Origin: Macrostomum lignano
Taxonomy: Eukaryota
Direction: 5' to 3'
Assembly (NCBI GenBank): GCA_002269645.1
Contig: NIVC01000919.1
Coordinates: 1 to 32,629 of the forward strand
Length of the DNA: 32,629 bases
Translations under genes and position numbers: made by a program
Part shown: in pieces, positions 21,451 through 31,921 of the stretch
How the letters are laid out: the number at the start of each line of letters is the position of its first letter
Numbering within the stretch: position 1 is the first letter of the stretch
The notes under the pieces: model-generated
What the model saw: the letters and a program-made list of their open reading frames with translations, nothing else
Databases searched by the model: none
What the model was told of the DNA's origin: nothing

Positions 21451-24084
21451 CTCCAAAATAGAAGGGGAAGGCCTCTCTCTCCTCAGTTCGCAGCTCGGCT
21501 GGTGTCTGTTCTCTCACCCTCTCTTTATTACTCCCTTTACCTTTTGCACCCACAGCGGGGCAGGCAGGCCGAACCAAATACGGCTTTGAATTGCCGGCCT
21601 CTAACAGACAGAGACTGTAACCAAAATAGTTTCTAACTAAATCTTCTCCGTTGTGCATTCCTATTTAGTCCTGCCGCGAGAGTGGTGATCCACCCCTCTA
21701 CAGATTCATTATTTCCTGGCGCCGCTGTCTGCTGCTGTCTGAAGCAGACAAAGAAGCTGTTATTTGCATAAGGAATCGACTTTTGGCTGCGATTCACTAA
21801 AAGGTAATTTCGATTTTTAGCTCTTGCTTTTTTCGCACTTTTGCCTCAAGCTGTTGAGCCATAGACATAAGCGTATCCAAAAATAGCTTCTCTCTCCCTC
21901 TCGCTGTTGGCGGCTCGTCCCCGGCCATAGACTATATAATTCAACTAGCTTTGGGCCGGCCCGAAGTCTTGCCAATTAGGGCTTTTATTGTGCCATTTTC
22001 TCTTCACTCAATTGGCCTCGGCTTCCCCTCTCCCTTCATCGCTTTCTATCTTTTCTCCACTGATGAAGTCTTTCCGCCAGACCAAAACTGAGTCACCCCG
22101 AAGCGGGGCTCCAAGCTTCCGTGCTGGAACAGTCCGTAATAAAGGCAGCGGAGAGACTGAGAATAAATTCTGAATGAAATATATTAAGAGAAAGATTTAG
22201 GGGCAAAGAGACTTCGACAGTGATTTGTTTTCGACTGCCAGCCTGCGGGAGGCGTATATTAAGGAACTGAGGGTAAGTGAAGGGAAGGAAAAGGCTGGGC
22301 AAGCCCTCTAAATTGACTCACGCCTCTTTCATTTCTCGCATGGCCCTCGCCCCAGTTCAGCTCCCTAGCTTCCCCACTGAACTTCTTCATCAGTTTTTTC
22401 TCTCACTCGCTGGCGCTTTGCAACCCTCCCTTTCTCAACTCATTCAACCCCATCTATAGCCTCATCTACTCAATCTTCTTCCACTTGAAAATCTGATTTT
22501 CCACGAGATGCGTCCGTGCCAGCGGCCTGTGAGGCATCGGGGCCGGACTGCAGGAGGCGGGGAGCTTAGGGATCCGGGGACCGGGTTATGCCCCTCAGCT
22601 CCCAAATCCCACATATATATATATACATACACACATATACCCGCCTGTTCTGTGCTGCACAGGTCGTCCCCTCCTCCTCCGGGCCCATTCGAATTCCCAA
22701 ACGCCTCATCCGGTCGGTAAGTCGGACTTGCGGACTAAAGTAGACTAATCTAAGCCTATCTCACCGTTTCCAATCTGAGTGATCATAAAACTCACCGGGG
22801 ACGCCAAGCCGAGAAGAGACATGAACGAATTCTTAGAAACTACCCTACTATGCCTACTCTCTGCCCCCCCTTGTCATGACAGAAGGAAAAGAAAAACTAA
22901 ATTACAAAAAAGTTCCCGCTCACCTCTTCGCAGTTCGGCTTTAGGATTTCAGGAATTTAAGCTGCTCGCGCCCCCGTCTTTTCAACTGAAGCCCTGGCTT
23001 GTTACTAAGCATCCCGCTAAGTCCCGCTAAGGCCTTGGCCACACGCAACCCGGGACTAAACCTCCCGGAGACGTGAAAAAATGGCAGAAACATTTGCTTT
23101 TTTCATCAACTACATGTTAGTCCGGCCACTGCTTGACTCTTGCTTGAGTTGCCTAATGCCTCTCCAACTATGTGGGAAGTTCTTGCATAAAATATGATAA
23201 TGTGCTGTTGGCTGGTAATGCGGAGAGAGAGGCAAATGATTGATGATGTCTTTCGTGCCCCAGCTGTTGCTCTAATCTAACAAATACCGCAGTTAAGATT
23301 GGCCCGGGAATTTCCTACTCCCATAGACTGCACTAAATGCTACCGCCTCGCTTCCTAGGGGTGGAGGATAATTCTCCCAATAAGCCGGCCTGCACTCAGT
23401 TTCTGGGGGGGGGGGGGTTGAGCATTGCTATAGTCGTCGGCATGAGTTTATTTGCTTCCCGGCACCCTAATTCGCGCGCTTGTATTAGTCCAAGGTCTTT
23501 TCCTATGCCGGCACGGCCTCCCCAACCCTAGCGGCAGGACATGAAATTAGTTAGAGCAGCCAATATATCACTTGCTCCCAGGCCATCCCAGCCCCCTACA
23601 CCCTCCATGATGCGACTATGCTGCAGTGCATTGCTTGCTTATATTGCCACTGACGCTAATCCGATGCTAACTTTTCAGTTTGGCAATATTAGCTGGCTAC
23701 TAGAGGCTTTACCGATCTGAGCACTCACTCGGGCTATAGGAGAGGAGTAGAGCTAGACAGCTTCCGCCATGGCTATGATGCAGCGCCCGCCGAGCAGTCA
23801 TGGATCAGAATCCCGATCAGGATGATGCCTCTCTCTGCCAGTCTGCCCCACCCCATCTCTCCCTTCCTGGCATTCTAATTAATCACTCGAAATATTTCGG
23901 TTTCCATTTCTCTGTGAAGCTCGTTCGATATCCCCCCTCTCTTGATCTTTTTATTACTCGCCTGTCTTGCCGACTGATTGAGAAGATTAGTATTTGCATC
24001 ATCAGCTAATAAGTTCAATCAGCGAAGTAGATCTATGCATGCACGCGATGTAAAACCAGCTATTTTACAATTGATACTGGAACG

Positions 24085-24434
24085 AAGGCCGTAGCCCAGT
24101 GGTCTGGCGCGGCGCTCTGATGTGCCAGCGGCCCAGGCTCGATTCCAAGTGCAGTCACATTAATTTGGGGCTGAATTGGAATCTCAGCTTGGCTCTGCTC
24201 GTGCAATTAACGCCCTAGAAGGCCAACCCCCAAGGCACAGTGAAGTGTACATGCCTAACGATAAAAAGTTAGGTCCGCTGTAGCTGAGTGTGTGCCTGTG
24301 CGTATGACTGCGTACGTATCTACTCGCTTGTGTGCCTGCTCAGGGGAGTCGGCGGAATGGGCAGCAATGCCTCTCGCCGGTTGTGTGACAATGTCGCTTA
24401 AAGTGCGCCAGGGTGCTCACAGCCCCTGTCTCTA
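24085..24434 (+). mobile_element. tRNA-derived SINE, family 1, copy B (CpG-intact)
   Basis: A box TAGCCCAGTGGT and B box GGCTCGATTCC (24136-24146). Full-length alignment to 1242-1598. Candidate 6-bp TSD GGAACG at 24079-24084 and 24435-24440. Confidence 0.88.
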
Positions 24435-25148
24435 GGAACGCATTCCTCTATGCAATGACCGCTGCTCAAGACTTCCTTTGAGAAAACTATTGAAAAAAAG
24501 CACAGAAAAAAAGTGAAAGCAATGAGCTCTGCTTCAATTCTTCCTTCTTGGCTTAGTTAATCTGACCGACTTTGGACTTAGCCGAAGTGACAGCTAATCT
24601 AGATCTGCCGGCAGCTAATTTCCATTGCTGCGCGCAGACAGCCAGCGGATCTGCTTCTCTTTCTCATCGTGCAGCTTTGCTGGACAGATTTGCAGATTTC
24701 CCCTCTTTCCATACCTCTGCCAGCTGTTGCTAATTTTGTCCAGAAGACGTCTCCAAGCCGTGTATAGGGGGTGAGGCAGCACCATGCTGATTGAGCCCTG
24801 CCCTAGCATTCTTGCAAGTACACACTTGCATTTAGAGAGTAAAAATTAACATAGCGCTTGTAATGCTTGCGTCATCTTTTAAGTCAGCCACTGTGTAAGA
24901 GCGGAATGGCAAATTCAACTGAGAGCTCCAGGGCTCGCCCTGCTGTGATAGGGTAGCAGCTGCAGTAGAAATACAGAGTACGGTGGGGGGCTGCGACCCA
25001 GCACCCAGTCTCAGCAATGTTCAGTTTGTCACCCTGCAACGTATCTCTAGCTCTAGCTTAAACTTAAAGTACACACGAGCTTGACTTCAACTCAATGTTT
25101 GAATTCTTTCAGCCTACGAAATCAGACGGACGAACCTCGAGTGACGCG

Positions 25149-25934
25149 ATGAAGCACCGCTGGCAGCTGGCAGCCACTATCCTAGCCTTTCCGCTGGTGC
25201 AGCTGCTGCTCAATGTTAACAGCTCCTTTGCCAACATCAGCAATTGCGGAATGTGCGTCTGCGACCGGTACACCCTGACATGCGACTTTGAAAAGGCTCA
25301 GGACAAGCTGACGGGCAGTGTGCACCTGGGGAAGCTGATTCCCACGCAGTCGGAGCTGGAGGCCCTGAATCTGCAGTCCAACAGTTTCGAGGAGCTCTAC
25401 GTGAACTGCAAGAACACTCCGAAGATGACTGAGCAGCGGCTCAGCCGTGACCTCTTAGCTCGCTTCTCCAACCTGAAGAAGGTCATCATTGTGCGCTGCG
25501 ACCTGCGGACAATCGATCCGGACGCTTTGGAGGGCCTGAGCCGGCTGGAGGAGTTCGACGCCAGCGACAACAGCCTGCGCCAGCTGCCGGATCGAATGTT
25601 CGGCCGGCTGACGATGAAGCAGGTGAAGCTGAGCGAGAATCGCGAATTGCAGCTCAATAATTCGCTGGCATTCGAAGGCGTCACCCTGCGGCAGCTCATC
25701 CTGTCCAAGTGTCAGCTGACCGAGTTTCCCACCTTTGCTCTGCTCAAAATCCAAGGCTTGAAGGAGTTGACTCTGTCGGAGAATCAGATTAGTCTGGTGC
25801 CCAGTGCTGCTCAACCGCTCGTCACCAGACTGACCGTGTTCTACCTGGACGGCAATCCGCTGCAATGCACCTGCGCCAACCGATGGCTGCGCGAGTCAGT
25901 CAGCTGGGAGTTGGTGTCCCCGGCGGCCATGCGG
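25149..25934 (+). CDS. LRR-Ig-TM (LIG-type) cell-surface protein, coding exon 1: signal peptide, LRRNT, about 7 LRRs, first half of LRRCT
   Basis: Signal peptide MKHRWQLAATILAFPLVQLLLNVNS; CGMCVC cap; repeats such as LEALNLQSNSF, LEEFDASDNSL, LKELTLSENQI; LDGNPLQCTCANRWL LRRCT start. The frame ends at a phase-0 donor CGG|GTAATT (GT at 25935). A TTTCAG acceptor at 25107-25112 favours ATG 25149 over ATG 25095. Confidence 0.92.
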
Positions 25935-26043
25935 GTAATTTCATTTGTGATCAACTTGTTTAATACTCACCCATGGGTTCCTTCCCATAGAGGCCTTCCA
26001 TCCCACGAGGGCCAGCCCCCGCCTGAGGGGGGTAGTAGCCAGA

Positions 26044-26366
26044 GGGGGTTGTAGCCTAGTCGTTAGAGCGTCAGACTTACGAATGAAAAGGTCGGGGGTT
26101 CGATTCTCGACCCACTTGGAACAAATTGTGTCCTTGAGCAAGACACTTAACTCTGCATTGCTTCAATTCACCCAGCTGTTAAATGGGTGCCAGCATTAGC
26201 TGGGGTATTTGAGGGTGCGTGTGGCGACCCCCCAGTCCTTGGACTGAACAGCCGTACGCAGCCTTCAGATGCGGCGCGCAATAGCTGCGGCTGAGCTGTC
26301 GGCTGCACATCTGGCTATTGGGGCAGGTGTAATTAATTATTGTTATTATTATTATCACCATTATTA
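26044..26366 (+). mobile_element. tRNA-derived SINE with a CORE-like central domain (intronic, family 2)
   Basis: Head TAGCCTAGTCGTTAGAGCG...GGTTCGATTCTC. Then GTGTCCTTGAGCAAGACACTTAACTC...CACCCAGCTGTTAAATGGG, which resembles the CORE-SINE consensus as recalled (GTGACCTTGGGCAAGTCACTTAACCTC...CATCTGTAAAATGGG). It ends in an (ATT)n tail. Confidence 0.85.
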
Positions 26367-27111
26367 CTGCCTGACGATTCGAAAGTCAGGGCCGCTGTAC
26401 ACTTTGTGTGAGCGTGTGCGGCGAAGGGCCTGACTGCTTGCAGCAGTTTCCCGAATCCCCGGTGCAAAACCAACTACCCGTGGTGGCCAGATGCTGATCA
26501 CACGCGTTTTCATGAACACAATTAGTGACTCAAAAACTCCCTCTTCTACCTGCAGAGTTTTGCAGCTCCTAGACATTGACACTCTTGACCTAAGCCCCCT
26601 CTTCGCCATGCACAAACATGCATTATTTTGTAAAAACTAGCAAGTCAGTCAGGTGGACCCAGAAGCTGGACACATTCACGAAACCCACAGCTACCCATAT
26701 CCCAGCTTCTTTGTTCGCGATTGAGAGCTTCTGAGTGCTCATCTGACCTTGCCATGTAAATTCTCTCACCAATTTGATGGATTCAACGAGCTTTTGCCTC
26801 CAGTTGCTTCTTTTCTTTGTTCTTATTGAGCCTCAGCTTCATCAACTCAACCTGCGTCCAGATTCCGGGTCAGAGTGGTCTCATCTCATCCACATCTGCT
26901 CGCTCAAATACTCAGGGTTTGCAAAAAAACTGGAGGGCGGCAAAATCTTTATTACGCTCGTAGACTCGTAGGATTTGGTCGGCTTGTTATTTTTTATCTA
27001 GGAAATAAGTAGATTACAGTTTTTTTATCTGAACACGCACCCGTCATCCACCTGAACACAGTAAACTAGGAGTAGTTTGTGAGCATGCACAGTCCGAGTG
27101 TGGTGAATTCA

Positions 27112-27522
27112 GAGTCTAAATACTGTCCGAGTCTATATAGTCTCCGAGTCTATATAGTGTCCGAGTCTAGAGTGCCCAAGTCTATATGGTGTCCGAGTCT
27201 ATATAGTGTCCGATTCTAGTGTCCGAGTCTATATAGTGTCCGAGTCTATATAGTGTCCGAATCTAGGTGTCCGAGTCTATATAGTGTACGAATCTAGAGT
27301 GTCCGAGTCTAAAGTGTCCGAGTCTAAAGTGTCCGAGTCTAAGATTGTCCGGGTCTATATAGTGTCCAAGTCTAAGAGTGTCTGAGTCTATAGAGTGCCC
27401 GAGTCTAGTGTCTGAGTCCATTGTGTCCGAGTATAGGGAAGCTGAGTCTTTAGAGTGTCCAAGTCTAGAGTTTCTGAGGTCTAGATTGTCTGAGTCTATA
27501 TAGTGTCCGAGTCTGTCCGATT
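27112..27522. repeat. Intronic ~15-19-bp minisatellite (GTGTCCGAGTCTATATA)
   Basis: More than 20 variable-length units built on GTCCGAGTCTA. Confidence 0.92.
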
Positions 27523-27609
27523 CCTGGGTTTTCAGATCTTAATTTGTGTGCCCTTCATATTAACTGCATCTCAGAGTCTATAAAAGCTTACTAACATCCA
27601 CATCTACAG

Positions 27610-28527
27610 AAGTCGAAGCTGCCCACCTGCAAGTCACCTTTCAATCTGATGGACATCGAGCTCACTAAGATCGAGCCGTCCCGCTTTCTCTGCCCGCCGC
27701 CGCGCATCGCCAGCGTCGACCTGCAGCTCGGCCAGGACTCGGCCAGCCTCAGCTGCCTGGCCGACAGACGCGAGGACGGCAGCCCCCTGGACTGGTTCTT
27801 CGACTCCAGCCGACTGCCAATTCACAGCGGCTTCGCTTTCCAACGCCTTGTTCGTCGAGTCGCCAACCTGGACAGCCAACGACTCGCTGTCCGGGTGGCC
27901 GACTCTGCCGGACAGTCGGCCCAGCTCAACCTGACGATCATCTGGCCGCCGCCGCAACCGCCGCAGCCGCCACAGCCGCCACTGCCGACGTTGCCGCTGC
28001 CGGGCGAGGCGCCGAGCGGTGGCGACGCGGCGATACCGGAGAAGCCGACTGGGCGGCGAGGCGGCAGCGCCGCGGCGAGCGACAATGACAAGCAGTTCAC
28101 CCTGCTGGAGATGATCATAGCCGTGATTGGAACCTTCATGTCCACCAGCCTGATCTTCATGCTCTCCTGCCAGTTCGTGCGCTGGTATAAGCGGCGCGAC
28201 AAGAAACTGTGGGCAACCTACGTCCACCAGCACCAGCTGCCCCACCCGCAGCAGCACCAGCCGCTGCCGCAGCACCCGCACCAGGCGCCGTACTCGGCAA
28301 CCTACAGCTACAACACTCACCAGCCTTCGTCGCACGAGTACGACGTGCCAAGAATTGACCAGCCCTGCCTGCCAAAGCCGCCGCCGCCTTCGCAGACGCT
28401 GCCGTCGGGCATGGGCGTTGGCGGCAACGGCGTCGGCGGCGGCAGCGGCTGCGGCGGCAGCAGCATGAGCAGCAGCGACAGAGAATTCCTCGACTTCAAC
28501 AATCCCAGATTGATGTACAATGTCTGA
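27610..28527 (+). CDS. LRR-Ig-TM protein, coding exon 2: end of LRRCT, Ig-like domain, Pro-rich stalk, TM, cytoplasmic tail
   Basis: SLSC...LDW Ig pattern; PPPQPPQPPQPP stalk; hydrophobic MIIAVIGTFMSTSLIFMLSCQFV (28111-28179) followed by basic RWYKRRDKK; stop TGA at 28525-28527; GC3-rich codons. Confidence 0.92.
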   Translation, partial: KSKLPTCKSPFNLMDIELTKIEPSRFLCPPPRIASVDLQLGQDSASLSCLADRREDGSPLDWFFDSSRLPIHSGFAFQRLVRRVANLDSQRLAVRVADSAGQSAQLNLTIIWPPPQPPQPPQPPLPTLPLPGEAPSGGDAAIPEKPTGRRGGSAAASDNDKQFTLLEMIIAVIGTFMSTSLIFMLSCQFVRWYKRRDKKLWATYVHQHQLPHPQQHQPLPQHPHQAPYSATYSYNTHQPSSHEYDVPRIDQPCLPKPPPPSQTLPSGMGVGGNGVGGGSGCGGSSMSSSDREFLDFNNPRLMYNV

Positions 28528-30157
28528 CAGCGTTCCCACTGATTGTGCATTGGCTCGACTTGAGTTTTCTCATTCATGCTTGTAGTCTTGCCCGATCGAA
28601 CAGCCTGATTTAGATTCTACAGTGTATTCGTATTTCAGAATTGTTAACTTTGGTCAGCTTTGTTGTTACAAAGACGCTTTTTGTATCGATTGCTTCTGCT
28701 GTGCTTTCGGACTGGCAAAACTTTCATTCAGAAGCAGAGACAGCTTGAACTCCTGCCTGCCCATCAGCAGAGGTCTCGCTTATTGAATTGGGTTCCCACC
28801 GCGATGGGGAAGTGAAAAAAATGTCTCCAGCATCCCCAGTCTGCGCCAGATAAGAATCAGCTGGTCCTCCGGAGAAGCAGTGGGGGGGCAGTTCTTCAAA
28901 CCAGCAAGAGCTCCCATCAATCCATGCATCTTTAATGATCCGCCTCCCTCCGGGATGCCTATCGTGCCTTTTTCGCTCAGCTTCAGGACCCATCGCGCCT
29001 ATCAACGGCGCTTAGATGGAACAAAGACTAGTAAGAAAGTTAGTCTCTGTCCCGCAGTATCTTAGCAGGTTGATTGACTGATGCCTGTCCGCCAGCAGAG
29101 GCAGCGAGTCTTTATATAACTTTTCAATTTTCCTTTCCGTTTGCGCAGTTGGCTTGCCTAATTCTTGCTTCTATAAATAGTCTGCTCTCTGTCGTTTTTA
29201 TTAGAAACAAAACGCGCTGGGGCCGCTTTTTTGTTATTATTTTTCCAACCGTTTAGTTTTTGGAATTTTTGTTATTGTGTTGACGCCCCTCCGCCCCGCT
29301 ACCCTGGAGTCGCTTTCATCAAAATCTTGATTGCTGTGCGCGAGAATTGTTCAAGTTCGCCAGTTCGCTCACCTTTGCTTCTATTCGCGTCCTGTCACCA
29401 AGCCTGTGTTTCGTTTTGCTTGCCTCTGCCCCGATGCAGCTCTTGCATCAGCTTTGAAGTATTGCTTATATATGACCCCCTTCCATCCTGTTTGTTTAAT
29501 TAATACCTGGACTTGTGACCTGTCCGTCTGTCTTAACGGTTAACCACAGTCTGGAGTTACCAAAGTCTCCCTAAACAAGCCTCATCTGTCATACGCTTAA
29601 AGTTGTTCAATTTGCACACTAACTAGGCTGACGTGTGCACCTCCTTTGGTCTGGTCTTGCCCGTTTAAAAGAATGAATTCACGAAAACTCTAGCGAGTCT
29701 GTCCCCTCCTCCAAGTTTTGATTGATATATTTTGATGACAAAACTTTGTAAATTGTAATTTTTTACGCGTCCTACTTGTAGCTTTAAAGTTGCTACTGAC
29801 TGTTATTGCATTGGAATTTGTAATGCAGTTGATCTATATTGATTGTACAGAACAAAGTAATATATTAGCAAGAAAAAAGTATTCCTGCACACGAATATGC
29901 GTGAGATTTTCCATACATTGTGAACCTTCTTACAGACGTGCTCTCTCTCTTGTTTGTATCTTTTTTGCCAGCTGAAAAAATGGTACACAGTCGGGATATT
30001 TCACTAACACTGACTGCAGCCTGCAGGTGCTATTTTCGATTGGCGGTGCGCAACACACTAAGAGAATTGTTTACAGATTACTTCACACGGGTGTTGTTCA
30101 CACTAATATTGGGTTAGTTTATATTGCAGCTAGTCTGTTCTATTCACCATTCTAGGC

Positions 30158-30740
30158 TTTGGGCGAGTGTACATTCTATAACCTGTGAGGAGAGTGTACA
30201 TTCTAGGACCTGTGAGGAGAGTGTACATTCTAGGACCGGTTAGGCGAGTGTACTTTCTAGGACCGGTTAGGCGAGTGTACATTCTAGGACCTGTGAGGAG
30301 AGTGTACATTCTAGGACCGGTGATGAGAGTGTAAATTTTAGGACCGGTGAGGAGAGTGTACATTTTAGGACCGGTGAGGAGAGTGTACATTCTAGGACCG
30401 GTTAGGCGAGTGTACTTTCTAGGACCGGTTAGGCGAGTGTACATTCTAGGACCGGTGAGGCGAGTGTACTTTCTAGGACCGGTGAGGAGAGTGCACATTC
30501 TAGGACCGGTGAGGAGAGTGCACATTCTAGGACCGGTGAGGAGAGTGTACATTCTATAACCGGTGAGGAGAGTGTACTTTCTAGGACCGGTGAGGAGAGT
30601 GCACATTCTAGGACCGGTGAGGAGAGTGCACATTTTAGGACCGGTGAGGAGAGTGTACATTCTATAACCGGTGAGGAGAGTGTACTTTCTAGGACCGGTG
30701 AGGAGAGTGTACATTCTAGGATCGGTGAGGAGAGTGTAGT
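30158..30740. repeat. 27-bp minisatellite (GGTGAGGAGAGTGTACATTCTAGGACC), about 21 units
   Basis: Unit read directly. The 9-aa periodicity in the ORF track matches it. A duplicated 108-bp tetramer lies at about 30485-30700. Confidence 0.95.
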
Positions 30741-31326
30741 CACCACGGGCTCTGAAGCTGTTGTACAATCTAGAACCCACTGGGCCACTGCAAACCATTA
30801 TGTTCATCTACAAGTCAATGCGAAGGCTGCATGACAGGCCCTTGTACGTGCAGCATATTAAGGGATTGCGGAAAACCAGCTAGACTAGAAAATGGACAAG
30901 ACTGAGGAACAGAAAAAACTCAAACGGAAAAATGTTCCTCTCGCTCCTGCCTTGCGTGTAGAAATTTCAAGCCTGGCCTCTCCTAAGTCTAGTCCGGCAA
31001 ATCCCAAAGTCTGATCTGAGGAATTCCGACAGATTCTTACCCATTAATCTTCCCTAGGAATCCCAACGGTGCAGCTCTTTTATTCTCCATCACCTTCGGC
31101 CTAAGAAATTCTGACCGCGTCAGTTATGTGGCGTTCAGCGGCTCGAATCTCCGCGAAACACGACGGACCAGATGCCGCCCGCCAGTCTCCTCCGCTCGCC
31201 GATCTTTCCTCCCGATCGGCAACATCCGGTAGGTAAGGGGAGCGCGAACAGCTAGGGGAGGGGATTAACTTCCTACGGACAATTATCCGCTAGGAATGCC
31301 GCAGACCCGGCCGAGGGTTCGAGAAA

Positions 31327-31921
31327 ATGTTTATGTGCCAAACTTGCATGCGTCAGTTGGCGTGCGAGATTTCAATAGAAGAAGTCCCACAGGAGATCAT
31401 GCGAGATGCTCGGCATTTATATAGGCGCGTATCGGTTTAAGAGCGCCTCGAACTGGAACTGGCGCGCACTTTTATAAGCGGTGGCATCAAGAGCTTCCAT
31501 ATAATGGAAGGTTATGAGCGTAATATGAAGCGAGAATTTCGAGACCATATGGCCATTGATTGAATTGTCTATGGCCGAAACAAACGGGGAAGAAAATGAC
31601 AATGCGTACATTTCATGTCAATGGCCAGTCCCATAGAATGCATTGGTCAAGCAGTTGTCTATGGCAAAACTGGAGAAAAGACTCCAATTTGCCCTGCGAG
31701 AAACTTTCCAACATTTGAGAAGTTCGGAGTTGGACTTCGTTTCTGCCGCTTCTGCAACCGATCGTCATGACGATAAGTTCGCAGCCTTCTTGAAGTTTAT
31801 TCAAGAGCCTCCTTTAGGAGACTAGCAGTTTCTCATGGCTAGAAGATTAACCGACACTAGAAAGCAAATGTTCCAGTTTGGACAACGCTTCTATGAGTTC
31901 ATGAAGACCGAGAAACAATAA
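31327..31921 (+). pseudogene. Possible decayed ORF of unknown family
   Basis: Protein-like reading continues through isolated stops (TAA 31438, TAG 31634, TAG 31823) and one inferred frameshift near 31560. The final TAA (31919) overlaps AATAAA (31917-31922). No motif recognised. Confidence 0.25.

Larger units (their letters stand above)
25935..27609 (+). other. Phase-0 GT-AG intron (1675 bp) splitting the LRRCT
   Basis: Joining 25934 to 27610 (CTACAG|AAG) gives ...SPAAMR|KSKLPTCKSPFNLMDIELTKIEPSRFLCPPP, restoring the C-x-x-P...F-x-C second half of the LRRCT in frame. Confidence 0.88.

Noticed and set aside
25095-26054. 319-aa single-exon version of the LRR ORF
   Set aside because: The upstream ATG lies before a strong acceptor and ahead of the signal peptide. 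The part after 25934 is intronic, and splicing completes the LRRCT.
26044-26115. Functional tRNA gene (also the heads at 1242, 24087 and about 32290)
   Set aside because: Acceptor and anticodon stems pair poorly, and each head runs into a SINE body and tail.
27634-28539. 301-aa antisense ORF overlapping exon 2
   Set aside because: Codon-aligned shadow of a GC3-rich CDS, with low-complexity Ala/Arg content and no independent domain.
30130-30807. 225-aa YTLLTGPR repeat ORF and companion ORFs
   Set aside because: Translation of the 27-bp minisatellite.
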